Virus record (IMG/VR): IMGVR_UViG_3300021431_000087
Span: 60,195 to 124,194 of that record
Source: a virus
Lineage: Duplodnaviria; Caudoviricetes
Length of the DNA stretch: 64,000 nt
Strand: one strand, 5' to 3'
Made by a program: the position numbers and the translations under genes. The notes beneath the pieces were generated by a model. It was given only the letters and a program-made list of their open reading frames with translations. It ran no database searches and had not been told where the DNA came from. Position 1 is the stretch's first letter; each line of letters starts with the position of its first letter. Below are positions 10,145 through 21,404 of the stretch, one piece after another.

Positions 10145-10573
10145 TCAGTCCTCCATTTCTTTCTCAAAAGCTCGCACAATGGTAGCAATGTTCGCTTTCG
10201 ATGTTTCATACTGTTCCATCACCTTTCGTAGTTTTTCAACTGCAAGATTTTTTGTTTCCTTGATGGCATCGTCTCGGTAGTACTTAAGAGCACCGTGGGG
10301 CATTACTTCGGTTATGTCGATTTTCTTTACTAATCCACGTACGAACTTAAACCCGTTATCACGAAGAGCCTTGTTGTAGCCGCTCATAAAAGCGAAGCCG
10401 ATTTCACAAAACACTTTTGTCAACTCTCCCATCCACTTTGTGTCCCACCCATTCATCCTGCAAACATACTCGGAGTAAACGTCAGTAACTTCTTTCAAGT
10501 CCATCATCTCGTCTATGTGAGCAGTGCGGTCTTCTATCTCGGATTCCAACTGCTTGACGGTTCTCTTTCGCAT
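10145..10573 (-). CDS. Hypothetical protein
   Basis: Start MRKRTVK at 10573 chosen because it avoids overlap with the upstream gene. Confidence 0.6.
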   Translation of the reverse strand: MRKRTVKQLESEIEDRTAHIDEMMDLKEVTDVYSEYVCRMNGWDTKWMGELTKVFCEIGFAFMSGYNKALRDNGFKFVRGLVKKIDITEVMPHGALKYYRDDAIKETKNLAVEKLRKVMEQYETSKANIATIVRAFEKEMED

Positions 10574-10616
10574 TTGTTGGACTTTCCATTCTTTGAGACT
10601 TTTGATAAATACCATA

Positions 10617-11108
10617 TCAATCCTCATTGAAGTTAAAGTCACCCTTGATGATTTCTTCCACGTCGTCAGCGGTGAAGTTGAAACCGTCAATGTTTCCATC
10701 TTCGTCAATATACATGACGATGTAGTCACCCCACTCACCTATACAATCGGGAACGTAACTCTCGACCGAGACAATGATGTTCTCCAACGAATCAAGGAGC
10801 TGGTAAACACCATCGTCGCAGACCTTGTAGTGAACTCGTGCCGTCGTTCCCTTCGGCCAGTCAACAATACAACCCCTCTCTACGTCGATAGTCGGTTGCC
10901 AACGCCAGTGATCGGAGTAGATATTTGACTCAGGCTCGTCTTTCACCTTGACGGCAAACGGCATACGTGGAACGGCATTACCTTTGCATTCGTACATATC
11001 CACGTCTGGTGTTCCGTCTATGTCAGAATCTTCCCAATAATGTACTCCTGCATCAACTTTGAGGTATCGCAAATCCACTTCCCTTGTCACCTTGATCTTC
11101 GTTTTCAT
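10617..11108 (-). CDS. Conserved phage hypothetical protein
   Basis: AGVHYWED...HYKVCDDG...YVP...GDYI. Confidence 0.7.
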   Translation of the reverse strand: MKTKIKVTREVDLRYLKVDAGVHYWEDSDIDGTPDVDMYECKGNAVPRMPFAVKVKDEPESNIYSDHWRWQPTIDVERGCIVDWPKGTTARVHYKVCDDGVYQLLDSLENIIVSVESYVPDCIGEWGDYIVMYIDEDGNIDGFNFTADDVEEIIKGDFNFNED

Positions 11109-11131
11109 TTGCTTACTTTTTGATATTTAAT

Positions 11132-11248
11132 AAAAATAGGAAACCTCGAAAGAGCACTACTTCTTTCTCGGTTTCCTCTACTTTATATATTAAAGTAAAA
11201 ATTCATTTTTAGTGCCAATGTAGTGCCCTTGAACACATTGCAAAAGTA
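11132..11248 (-). promoter_or_regulatory. Leftward promoter (-7 at 11241-11248) with structured leader / terminator hairpin
   Basis: TACTTTTG; hairpin 11138-11177 followed by ATTTTT on the minus strand; 11220-11229 complementary to 11151-11160. Confidence 0.55.
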
Positions 11249-11344
11249 ATATTTTAATTCAAAAGAAATGCAATATATGCGTATTTTATTGTTGCTATTA
11301 AGCATTTTTAGCATATATTACTTTGAAAATAAATACTTTATTCG

Positions 11345-11352
11345 TACCTTTG
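11345..11352 (+). promoter_or_regulatory. Rightward -7 promoter element (TACCTTTG)
   Basis: TTTG about 20 nt upstream; divergent from the 11241 promoter. Confidence 0.65.
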
Positions 11353-11436
11353 TATCGCTTGGATGAAAAACATAGTTGTGAAACTATATGTCTAAAAAAC
11401 GCATTTTAAATCACAGCCCACGGCGGTGGGCATTAT

Positions 11437-11535
11437 GGGTGGATCGGCAGCTCGCCACGGTGGCGGCTTAACTGAATTTTCAGAACAGGTAATATCGCGA
11501 TTATTGAAACAAGGGTTCGACTCCTAATCCACCTA
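11437..11535 (+). ncRNA. tRNA-like / pseudo-tRNA element
   Basis: GGGTGGAT/ATCCACCT terminal stem, GGTTCGACTCC T-loop, internal hairpins; no canonical anticodon arm. Confidence 0.4.
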
Positions 11536-11576
11536 CTACTGATAAAGTCAAAAAGGAATGTATAAATAGATATGAT

Positions 11577-11882
11577 ATGAAAGCAAGAAAAAAGGGTACT
11601 AATGACCCATTTGAGGAAATTGACTGCCTGCAATTTAAAAATAGCTATGTGCTTTATAAGGCAGATATGATAGAGTTTGAGAATGAATCAAAAGGTAATA
11701 AACCAGATGTTGAATATTGGGAACAATTAAGGCATCAATCAGCCATTGCTGCTATGCAAGGTATGTTGGCGAATCCAGAACTTTTAGATAAAATTAGCCT
11801 TGATTATAGAATCACAATAGAAAGGGCAGCTGTTGGATACGCAAATGAGCTTGTAGAACAACTTAAAAAGAAAAAGGCATGA
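11577..11882 (+). CDS. Hypothetical protein (AAIAAMQG family)
   Basis: YWEQLRHQSAIAAMQGMLAN. Confidence 0.7.
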   Translation: MKARKKGTNDPFEEIDCLQFKNSYVLYKADMIEFENESKGNKPDVEYWEQLRHQSAIAAMQGMLANPELLDKISLDYRITIERAAVGYANELVEQLKKKKA

Positions 11883-12061
11883 TATATTTACTGATATTTT
11901 ATTGGATTTTTGCTGCATTATTTTGCTTTGGAGCAATTTACCGTATAGCAAAATCTAAAAGTAAAAGTATATTTGGTGCATTTGTTGGTTGCTTGATATT
12001 TGGAGGTATTCTCTTCCCAATGTATCTTGGTATAAGTTTAAATTTTGAACAGTATGAATAA
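11879..12061 (+). CDS. Small membrane protein
   Basis: Two hydrophobic segments. Confidence 0.6.
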   Translation: MIYLLIFYWIFAALFCFGAIYRIAKSKSKSIFGAFVGCLIFGGILFPMYLGISLNFEQYE

Positions 12062-12413
12062 AATATGCACATCGCTTGAGCAATCCAAGAAACTTATAGA
12101 GTTGGGGATTGATGTTAATACTGCTGATATGTACTATGATGTCAATAGTTACGGCATACAAGGCAAACCAGAAGTTGCAGTAGGAACAGTATGGGAAAAG
12201 GATATTCCTGCTTGGAGTCTTACTTCTTTGTTGGAATTAATGCCCGAAAGAATTAAAATCGGTGATGAACTTTCGTTTTGTCTTACTTCAAAAAAATCAT
12301 CAACTGGATTTAGTTTTGGTTATAATTTAAATGGAAGTACATTTGTAAAAGATAATCCTATTGACGCTGCATTTGAAATGGTAGTTTGGTTGTTAGAAAA
12401 TAAAAAGATATGA
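12045..12413 (+). CDS. Phage protein, EQSKKL...PAWSL family
   Basis: Paralog of 12410 and 23457. Confidence 0.75.
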   Translation: MNSMNKICTSLEQSKKLIELGIDVNTADMYYDVNSYGIQGKPEVAVGTVWEKDIPAWSLTSLLELMPERIKIGDELSFCLTSKKSSTGFSFGYNLNGSTFVKDNPIDAAFEMVVWLLENKKI

Positions 12414-12826
12414 AGAGTTATACAGACATTGAACAAAGTAAGAAGTTAGCCGAGATACTGCCACTTGAAAGTGCAGATATGGCTTGGTGTAACAATTCTA
12501 TAAGAGGAGTTAATTATACTGATGAATATTCTGCAAATCTTTACACAGTAAAAGAAATGCAAGAGTGTTTTGATAAAGCGCTAAACGGATGGGATAAGTA
12601 TTGGAAACTAATCCCATGTTGGTCACTTGCATCATTGCTTAGTGTTTTACCAAGTGTAATCACAAGGAAAGGGAAAAGAATGTTCCTTACTTTAGAAAAG
12701 GCGGGAGCATATAATCTTTATTACAAATCACCAGATAGACTTGATGAACTTTGGGAAACAAAAGAAGATGTAATTGATGCTTGCGTGACTATGATTGAGA
12801 ATTTACATGAACTTAAAATGCTGTGA
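12410..12826 (+). CDS. Phage protein, EQSKKL...PCWSL family
   Basis: Paralog of 12045 and 23457. Confidence 0.75.
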   Translation: MKSYTDIEQSKKLAEILPLESADMAWCNNSIRGVNYTDEYSANLYTVKEMQECFDKALNGWDKYWKLIPCWSLASLLSVLPSVITRKGKRMFLTLEKAGAYNLYYKSPDRLDELWETKEDVIDACVTMIENLHELKML

Positions 12827-14199
12827 CTATGGAAAAGAAAGAAGCAATGAAAATATTAAAGGATTTTCACGATAAGTCTGCACTGTTTTCAGTAAGAACA
12901 GCACTTGATGTCATTATCCCCGAACTTAAAGGGAACGAGGATGAGGATATAAAGAAAGCAATACTTGAACTTGTCAGACAATCATCAGAAGTTCTTGACA
13001 AGCAAAATCAGAATAACATGATTGCCTGGCTTGAAAAGCAAGGTTATACTAAAAAAGATGTTGATGATGCTTACTTGAAAGGAATATGTCATACTAAACA
13101 TGAACTTGAAAAGCAAGGTGAACAAGAGTCCGCTGATAAGCATGAACCAAAGTTTAAAAATGGGCAGTGGATAGTTTGGCAAAACAAATGCTATAAGGTC
13201 AACTATAATGGGTGTGGCTATGGATTGATTGACCAAAACGGTTTAAGTACATCATTAGAATACGGAACTGTTGATACTTCTGCTCGTTTGTGGAATATTA
13301 CCAAAGATGCAAAGGACGGTGATGTACTTTATTCGCTTGACACTTATCAACCATTTATATACAAAGCAAGAAATATACACGAACAGGCTACTGCATATTG
13401 TGGTATCAACAAGTATGGAAAATTCTTTGTATGGAATACCAACGATTGCATTATCACGCTTGACAAGTATATTCCAGCCACCAAAGAGCAGCGTGATACT
13501 CTGCTTAAAGCAATGGCTGATGCAGGATATACCTTTGACTTTGAAAGTAAAGAGTTGAAAAAGATTGAACATAAGTCTACTGATAGGCGCGAGCCAAAGT
13601 TCAAGGTTGGTGATTGGGTTACAAATGGTATCGAGACAGTACAAATTACTGGCTATGACATAGATTATGGGTATCAAGTGGATTACAAAGGCAAATTACA
13701 GCACCGTGATACTGATATTATTGAAAAAGAATATCATCTTTGGACCATCCAAGATGTAAAGCATGATGATGTGCTTGTTGTAAATTGGGATAATGGCTAC
13801 AAATTGGATGATAAAAAGAAAGAGTTAAAGAAGCTTTCACAACGTATGATTTCAGCAGAAGCAAAGGAAGCACTATATGATAAACCAACTGACGAAGAAA
13901 TGAAAGAGTTACTCAGAACAGAGTATGAAAAAGGCAGAGCTGATACTATTGCTAAAATGTATGTACCAACCCAAATATCACCAGAAGAAAGCCTTGGAGT
14001 ATCATCAGAGAAATACATGGCTATTGTCGACACTTTTACGCAAGGTGGGCAAAAACCTGCTAAGTGGAGTTTAGAGGATGAAAGAGTCATTGCAATTATA
14101 AACAATGCTCTTACAGAGAGTAATACACAACCTGATGATTATGATAAGGTTTATGATTGGTTGGAATCGCTTAAACAAAGAATAAAAAGTTATGAATGA
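12823..14199 (+). CDS. Modular hypothetical protein with internal EPKFKxGxW...LWxIxDxKxxDVL repeats
   Basis: Two internal repeat units in the translation. Confidence 0.8.
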   Translation: MTMEKKEAMKILKDFHDKSALFSVRTALDVIIPELKGNEDEDIKKAILELVRQSSEVLDKQNQNNMIAWLEKQGYTKKDVDDAYLKGICHTKHELEKQGEQESADKHEPKFKNGQWIVWQNKCYKVNYNGCGYGLIDQNGLSTSLEYGTVDTSARLWNITKDAKDGDVLYSLDTYQPFIYKARNIHEQATAYCGINKYGKFFVWNTNDCIITLDKYIPATKEQRDTLLKAMADAGYTFDFESKELKKIEHKSTDRREPKFKVGDWVTNGIETVQITGYDIDYGYQVDYKGKLQHRDTDIIEKEYHLWTIQDVKHDDVLVVNWDNGYKLDDKKKELKKLSQRMISAEAKEALYDKPTDEEMKELLRTEYEKGRADTIAKMYVPTQISPEESLGVSSEKYMAIVDTFTQGGQKPAKWSLEDERVIAIINNALTESNTQPDDYDKVYDWLESLKQRIKSYE

Positions 14200-14452
14200 A
14201 GAAAGATATGATGAAATTAAAGAAGCAGCAAAAGAACGGGCAAATCAATATAGCCATCCAGTTCAATGGAATGATGTTTATAATGGATTTATAAGCGGAG
14301 CAAGATGGGCGGATGAACATCCTGACGCTATAGATATGAATTATCTTCGTTGCTGGTACCAAGATTCTGTTGATGAAACTCAGGAACCTATATGGACTGA
14401 TAAGCATATCGAAGAGTTGTTTAATGATTTTTATTTAATTCCTAAAAGATAA
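14192..14452 (+). CDS. Hypothetical protein
   Basis: FISGARWADEHP motif. Confidence 0.65.
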   Translation: MNEERYDEIKEAAKERANQYSHPVQWNDVYNGFISGARWADEHPDAIDMNYLRCWYQDSVDETQEPIWTDKHIEELFNDFYLIPKR

Positions 14453-14568
14453 AGTTATGACAGAAGAAATGAAAAAACTGGTAGCCGAAATGTACAATAA
14501 TGGATGGAACCCTGAAGACATATCAGATGAATTAGGGCTTGATGAAACGGAAGTGATTAATTACTGTT

Positions 14569-14826
14569 GTGAATTACTTTGATATGGAAGCACCAGAGAA
14601 GATATACTTAGATAATTACGGGTCTGGTTTTAGTCATGGATTTCATACTAACAAACTATATGATAATGATATTGAATATATCAGTACTGATGCCTTTATT
14701 GAGAAGGTTTGTGTGAAACTAAAGAAGTTAATGTATGATAACCTTATGTTTCAAGGCAGATTGCATCGTGAAGAAATTATTGACAACTTTGTTGAAGATT
14801 TCAAAAATAGAATAAAAGGAGAATGA
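14569..14826 (+). CDS. Hypothetical protein
   Basis: MEAPEKIYL...DIEYI...DAFIEK. Confidence 0.6.
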   Translation: MNYFDMEAPEKIYLDNYGSGFSHGFHTNKLYDNDIEYISTDAFIEKVCVKLKKLMYDNLMFQGRLHREEIIDNFVEDFKNRIKGE

Positions 14827-14830
14827 AGTT

Positions 14831-15052
14831 ATGGAAGGTAAACAGAAAATTTATCACAATGTTCCAAAAAGAAAGGCAACTGGTACATTAAAGGAGATGA
14901 TTGATGAAAGTAATAAACTCCTTGCGTTAGAGCGCAAAGCCTGCATCACTAAGACTATTGAATGGTTTTTCATACAACTCAATGATGGTGACATGGAGTG
15001 TAGGGATATTGAAAAGTTTGTTGATAACTACATAAAGTACATGGAGGAATAA
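14831..15052 (+). CDS. Hypothetical protein
   Basis: 73-aa ORF. Confidence 0.55.
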   Translation: MEGKQKIYHNVPKRKATGTLKEMIDESNKLLALERKACITKTIEWFFIQLNDGDMECRDIEKFVDNYIKYMEE

Positions 15053-15205
15053 AATATGAATGAAGAAGATGTTAGGAAAGCAATGCAAGAAGGATTTGAT
15101 AAAGTTAAACCTATTGTTGCTAATATGACAGGTGAATTAATGGATGCCTATCAACTTGGTTTTAAGACATGTTTTAAGTTATTAACTGGACAAGAATTTT
15201 GAGTT

Positions 15206-15529
15206 ATGACACAGTATATTGACAAATCCGTTGTAAAGGCAGAGATAGAGAGATGGCGAGATGGGATAAAGAAAGGTATCCTTTCTATTCCCTTAACAGG
15301 TAGCGATAGAGCCTATGCTACATATGAGTATGAAATATTAGGGAAAGTAAGAGATTTTCTCGACACCCTTGACACCCTTGAAATGAAAGATGTGGACTTG
15401 GATGAAGAATTTGACAACTATACAAAAAACATTTTGGCTTGTGATATTCAATTTGAACCATTTACGCACTTGTATAATTGTGCAAAACATTTCTTTGAAC
15501 TCGGATTAAATGCAAATAAAGGAGAATAA
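15206..15529 (+). CDS. Hypothetical protein (QYIDKS..AEIE family)
   Basis: Paralog of 15873; AKHFFELG. Confidence 0.7.
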   Translation: MTQYIDKSVVKAEIERWRDGIKKGILSIPLTGSDRAYATYEYEILGKVRDFLDTLDTLEMKDVDLDEEFDNYTKNILACDIQFEPFTHLYNCAKHFFELGLNANKGE

Positions 15530-15535
15530 TAGAGT

Positions 15536-15871
15536 ATGATTAGAGAAGCGTATGTTTCATTTGAAGTGGCTAAGCTACTTAAAGAAAAAGGATTTAGAGA
15601 ACCTTGTACCGCTTTGAATCAACTTGTTATTAAAGACGGTGAAAAACCGTTTATGAAAGTAACGCATCAGAAAGCAATGGCATGGTTGAGAGAAGTGCAT
15701 GATATCGAAACATGTGTTGAATATAGCATTCCTGATGATGCTTATAATTACACAATTATAGTAAAAGATGTTACTAATGGTTTTACTATCATCCATTCAG
15801 AGGGTACTTATGAGTTTTATGAAAAGGCAACTGATGAATTATTAAAATATTGTCTTGAAAATTTGATTTAA
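15536..15871 (+). CDS. Hypothetical protein (YVSFEVAKLLKEKGF family)
   Basis: Recurrent Bacteroidota-phage N-terminal motif. Confidence 0.7.
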   Translation: MIREAYVSFEVAKLLKEKGFREPCTALNQLVIKDGEKPFMKVTHQKAMAWLREVHDIETCVEYSIPDDAYNYTIIVKDVTNGFTIIHSEGTYEFYEKATDELLKYCLENLI

Positions 15872-15872
15872 C

Positions 15873-16226
15873 ATGGCACAGTATATAGACAAATCCGCTG
15901 TAGTGGCGGAGATAGAGAAACTGCAACTCTGCACAATGGATGAACACATGAATTTCTATTCGGCAGAGGCACAGGGAGAGTACAATGCTCTTTCTAAGTT
16001 AGAGTTTTTCCTCAACACCCTTGAAGTGAAAGAGGTTGATGAAATAATCAAAAACGCAGAAGACCATGCTTATTTTGCAGGAAGCGAAAATACAAGGGAA
16101 AAGTTGATTGACAAGGCTTGCAAGTGGTGGGAAGTGGAACTAACATACCCATCAATGACGCCAGATGAAATCAAGCGGTATAAAAATAGAGTTAGAAAGT
16201 TCCGAAAAGATATGGAGGATAAATGA
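15873..16226 (+). CDS. Hypothetical protein (QYIDKS..AEIE family)
   Basis: Paralog of 15206; IDKACKW motif. Confidence 0.7.
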   Translation: MAQYIDKSAVVAEIEKLQLCTMDEHMNFYSAEAQGEYNALSKLEFFLNTLEVKEVDEIIKNAEDHAYFAGSENTREKLIDKACKWWEVELTYPSMTPDEIKRYKNRVRKFRKDMEDK

Positions 16227-16435
16227 TGGTATTTCAAGATTATAAGATTGAAGGCAATAAAATAACCTTCACAAAGGAAGAACTGCAAGAAGCTTATGAA
16301 CATTTTTGCAAGGTTGCTGATAAATACAAACCTCAAAAGAACCGAGAATGGGATATGCGTTATGCCTATTATTTGGGTAAATGCACAATTCTGCGTGATA
16401 TGCTTAAATTGTTTGAACCGATAGATTTCATTTGA
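16223..16435 (+). CDS. Hypothetical protein
   Basis: Paralog of 18005 (..LKLFEP). Confidence 0.65.
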   Translation: MMVFQDYKIEGNKITFTKEELQEAYEHFCKVADKYKPQKNREWDMRYAYYLGKCTILRDMLKLFEPIDFI

Positions 16436-16545
16436 TTATGACTAATAGAAACTTAGAAGACATAAGGGCAAACACTGTCAATGAATGCTACTACTGCACT
16501 AAGGATAGTAAGGATTGCTCTGTATGTGTATGGAGGAAATGAATT

Positions 16546-17070
16546 ATGACAAGAGAAGATGCAAAAAGAATTCTTGCCTGTAGAGGCAATGGCTATTCAG
16601 AAGAAGACTTCAATAATGCTCTTGAAGTAGTATTTAACAGTATTCCATCACTCCTATCTGATGTTAATGAAGCAGTAGATAAGTACACCGATAACCCTGC
16701 TAATTATCTTGAATATAGCGATGATGGGTGGGAAGATAAAACAGATATAGACTATGTGGAACGTGCTTTTAAGGCAGGTGCTGAATGGAGACAAAGTAAC
16801 CTATGGAAATCTGCTGATGGTGATGATGATCTTCCAGAGTTGGAAAGGGAGGTTGTAGTCTTTACCCAGAACTTCCCTAATGATGCCGGCATAATGAAAG
16901 TTGGTATTGCTCATCGCCCTAACCCTAAAGGATGGAATGGCAGGAATATTTTAACAGGTGAGGTAGAACATTTTGTTCCTAAGACCTATGGTAAAGGTGG
17001 ATGGTCTATGCCTGATGTTAAGATTTGGTTGGATGCACCACTACCATTTAAAGAAGGAGGTGAGGAATGA
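16546..17070 (+). CDS. Hypothetical protein
   Basis: AFKAGAEW motif. Confidence 0.7.
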   Translation: MTREDAKRILACRGNGYSEEDFNNALEVVFNSIPSLLSDVNEAVDKYTDNPANYLEYSDDGWEDKTDIDYVERAFKAGAEWRQSNLWKSADGDDDLPELEREVVVFTQNFPNDAGIMKVGIAHRPNPKGWNGRNILTGEVEHFVPKTYGKGGWSMPDVKIWLDAPLPFKEGGEE

Positions 17071-17098
17071 AAAAATTGATATTATTAGCACACAATAA

Positions 17099-18223
17099 AT
17101 GGAAACATATTTAATAAATCTTATAATTATAGTGATAACGTTTGCATGCGGATTTTACTTTGGCTTTAGACAAGGTTGTAAGTTTGTGTGGAAAAAAATA
17201 ATGAACTACCTTAAAAGCATTGGAAAATCCGATATAGAGATTGGTAATATTTTTGTTGAATTAAGTAAAAGTAAATATGTATAAACAAGATTATAAACTC
17301 ACAATCTCCTCAGACATCAACGGTGAATTTTATTGGCAGATGTTTAAAAAAGGAGAGCCAATACATCCAACAGCGGATGAAAAGCTATTAATGAAAGAAA
17401 TGATTAATAATGTAAAACATGGAATAGAAGTAGAAAAATTTTTAAAGACCACTAAGGAAGAAGAATCTAAAAAGGAAGATAAAATATGGAACGTAGATTA
17501 TTTTTAATTTTATTAACACTCACTGCCATTATGATGGTGGGGTGTGTGAATCAAGAAGATGTAGCCGCATCTATAGAAAAAGGAGATTTTGCAACTATTG
17601 AATATGACAGTTGCGAATATCTACTTAGAATGGATGGTTATCAGGGGTTTCTTGCTCACAAAGGCAACTGCAAGTATTGCCAAGAAAGAATAAAGAAAAT
17701 GATAAAGGAAGTGAAAGATGAATAAACGTGTATTTCCTTATAAAAAAGGAAAGATATATAAAGCACACCAAGAAGGAGAGACTTTTTTAATAAAAGTATT
17801 GAATTTTAATTATCCTTCTCATCGAAGAGGAATTAGGGACTATTTACAAATGTGTGTTGAAAGACTTGATACGCATTATATTTTTGATGTTAACAGACAA
17901 GGTTATCAAACGCTTAATAAATATGGGAACTATGTTCCGGATTTAAAAGAAAAAATAATAATAGATTTAGAACCTTTAGATGATTTAAATTAAGGAGGTG
18001 AAGAATGACATTAAGAAAAGATGAATACATGATTAAGGGTGACTCTATTATAATACCAAAGAAGACTCTGGAGAAACTGAGAAAACATTATGACAAAAAA
18101 GCTGATGAATATGGCACTTTTTCTTTTACAATGCTTGGTTATGATGTTTCGCCTGTCTATTATACAGGTAAGACTGATATATTAACGGATCTGTTGAAAC
18201 TTTTTGAACCATTGGAAGGATGA
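17099..18223 (+). CDS. Run of five small ORFs (17099-17284, 17277-17507, 17486-17725 lipoprotein-like, 17718-17993, 18005-18223)
   Basis: Translationally coupled + strand ORFs; 17486 has a hydrophobic N-terminus ending MVGC. Confidence 0.6.
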
Positions 18224-18660
18224 AAACATACACGATAGAACTTACGGAAAGACAAGTAAAGCTGTTGTCCTATACCTGCGACCGCATGGCACGACTTATA
18301 CAAGGGCAGGATTGGACGTATCAGGAGCTTATGGAAGAGGCGTGGGAGAAGCGATGCAAGAAGGCGGTAGGCGGTCACGGCATGGATAAGGAATGGAACG
18401 GTGGATGGTATGCCATGCGTCACGATGCGGAACGAATGAGTAAGGAAATAAAGAAACGTTTCTGGGGACTCGAAAGCAATGCACTGTACGGCATTCACTA
18501 CGACGACACGGCTGACATCCTATGGGATATACATCAATGCCTAAGACATCAGCTCTGGCTCGATAAGCCGGAAGGAGAGAAATCACATATAACAGTAGAT
18601 AGCGACACCCCTATGATGGTGGGTAGTGAACCTTTAATAAATATAATGAGAAATGAATAA
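18220..18660 (+). CDS. Hypothetical protein
   Basis: 146-aa coupled ORF. Confidence 0.65.
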   Translation: MKTYTIELTERQVKLLSYTCDRMARLIQGQDWTYQELMEEAWEKRCKKAVGGHGMDKEWNGGWYAMRHDAERMSKEIKKRFWGLESNALYGIHYDDTADILWDIHQCLRHQLWLDKPEGEKSHITVDSDTPMMVGSEPLINIMRNE

Positions 18661-21404
18661 TAGAAAAGAACTTATCGAACGATGGAAGACTATAGCCAAT
18701 GCGGTCTTTGGGGCTGAGAATAACATCATAGCCGACTGGCGACCACGCCTTGAATCAGCAACTAAGGAAAACAGCAAAGAGATGGCAGATGCGTATCTCG
18801 AAGCAATAGCAAAGGAGATAATTGATAACTCTAATTTGAAGTTTGAGGATGAAGAATAACGACCATATTTGTAAGGAGTGCCGACACGTCAGATACGACA
18901 ATAGGCACAATGTGAGTTGTTTGCCACCTGCGGCAGACTACCCTATGGAATTAGTGAGTGAGTATTTACCTGCGTGTTTTAGATTTGAGGAATGATGGCT
19001 ACGACAACAAGACCATGCTTTTCCAACGGCAGCGAGGCTGAGTGGTGGATGGATAGAAATTGTGATCATTGTATCAAGGCTTGGAGATTGAAAGACAACG
19101 GCGTAGATTACACTAAGTCTCGCTGTAAAATACAAGACGAGATACTCACACAATGGATGGGGCGTGGTGATGAGTCAATAAATCAACGTACCTACGATGT
19201 GACGCAGAAGGCTGATTGTCCCTACAAGATGGAACATTACCCTAAGCGTAAACCTAAGAAAAAAGATAAGAATCAATTAGAATTAGGATTATGAAAGTTT
19301 TTATTTTAGTATTATGCGTGTTGTTGCTGTTCCTCCGTTACAGGGCATACCACATCTTCAAATCGAGGTGTATGGAACACACGAGTGAGTTTGGTTTTGT
19401 GCTCGGATCGTTCTTCGGTGCAATAATAGACGGTGTTTGTTGGTATTGGATTTTTAGGATTATTGGATTATGAACAAAACGCATTACAGATTGGCATTAA
19501 AGACCATCGGGAAAGGTCTGTGCATATTCTTTAAATCATGGGGAGTGACGCTGAACCGTCTGCTCCATGACATATTGCACGGCATCAGGCATCACTGGCT
19601 GTTTGCTGTTACTCTTGTTGCGATCTATGTGGTTATGTTCGTTGTAATGGCTCAAAGCAGGGCAATGTACCATCATTCCTGCATGGTAAACTACCAATTG
19701 AGCCAGTCACTTGATAGCATAAAAATATTAGTTGAGAAATGAGAATTGTAATAAATAAAACCGAAAGGGAATGTGAAATATTACCAGCACCACCTAATTC
19801 TTTTTATATTGACGAATGTGCGTATGGATTCCCGCTATATGTAGCTATCGCACCTGCCGTAACGGAACATGAAAAGTGTTGCGGAAACATCGTTACATGT
19901 CCTATATTTTGCCATAATAATGGATATGATAGCGCAACGCCAACGGCAATTCAGAATTACCTTACGCTCCAAATGTTTGAAGAATTGCTTCATGCCTACT
20001 ACGAAGAGGGTTTTTGTTACGAACTTGCTGATGGAGCGAAAGACTTATTTCGTGATTTTGAAGGGCATGGTGTTAAGATGGATGAGAGAGTAAAACAATA
20101 TGTAGAGGAATTAACGTCAAGGTAAAATGGCAAAATCCGACACTTTAGAAATGAAAACAGAAAGTGAAACTTACACCTACACCATTTGGGTGAAGGTGGA
20201 TGAAAGACCAGTAATCGAAAGGATAAAGGTATGATAGGAACATTTATAATCGGAATGCTAACTGGCATGTCGGTGGAGACACTTGCCATCATCGGCATTG
20301 TAGCATACTTTGCAAAGGGAAACAAAAATGAAGAAGTTTATAAGGACATATCAGATTCCACAGAGGATCACGATGGAGATATTTAACTTGCCCTGCGTTG
20401 TCGGGGTGGGGAAGATAGAGAATGAGCCAGTGTATGAACTTGCATACGGTGTGCATGACATCGACGGTGAAGATGTGTACTATGTACCATCGGGTCGCTG
20501 GCTTTGCGAGTTGGAAGATAACAGTTGGTTGGTATTAACTGATGAAGAATATGGGAAAGTTAACAAATAAAGAATTAATGGCCGGTAACTACGTCCTTTG
20601 TCACGACCATGGTTGGAACAGCGACGGTACAGTTTGGGAGGAAGACAAGATATGCACTGTCGTGGAAGTTAATGAAAGACACTTGTCATTAGCGTATAAT
20701 AATGACGGCGTCAAAGAGGAGGGCGATTTCAAAATATCGGAATGCGAAGGCATACTTATAACGGTAGATGTTCTTGAAAAGATCGGTTTTGAACCATTTA
20801 TAGCAGGGCAACTGTTATGGAACAAATGCAAGGACTTCGTCGTGACCATCGTGCCGGATATAAGCAATCTTCCAAACTCCACACACAGATGCCTTGTCGG
20901 CATAAGGAATGTGTACACTAACGCTAAGATAGCGTTGGACTACTTGCACGAACTACAGAATGCATTAAGTATCTGCGGAATAAAAGAAGAAATAGAATGG
21001 CGAGAATAGTAGGAATGGACGGAGTTCCTCGGATTGAGATAAACGGGACTCCGTGGAAACAACAGATAAAGCAGTTCGCTGCGTTCCACGAGGAACTTGC
21101 GAGGGCAATGAGTCATGATGATTATCTGTGCATAGAAACGAAAGTTGGAACAATAGAATTTCATTTCAAATAAAAGAATATGGAAAAGGTATTAAGTCTT
21201 TGGTATGCCGTGAGTAAGACAGGGCAAGGGAGAATCTTCACCTCCAAGCCTGTAAGGAACGGGAACTTCGGCATATGGACAGGCAACCACCTCGGCTTTG
21301 CCACCGAGACCGTGATATATATGGAAACGGAAGGGTTCACCCTGCCCACCTTGAGGTGGGATGATGAGCCCATTAAGCTTGCTTTGACGCTTAGTATGGA
21401 TTAG
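18653..21404 (+). CDS. Run of small hypothetical ORFs (18653, 18992, 19291, 19470, 19739, 20310, 20542, 21180)
   Basis: Co-oriented, several overlapping by 4 nt. Confidence 0.6.
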
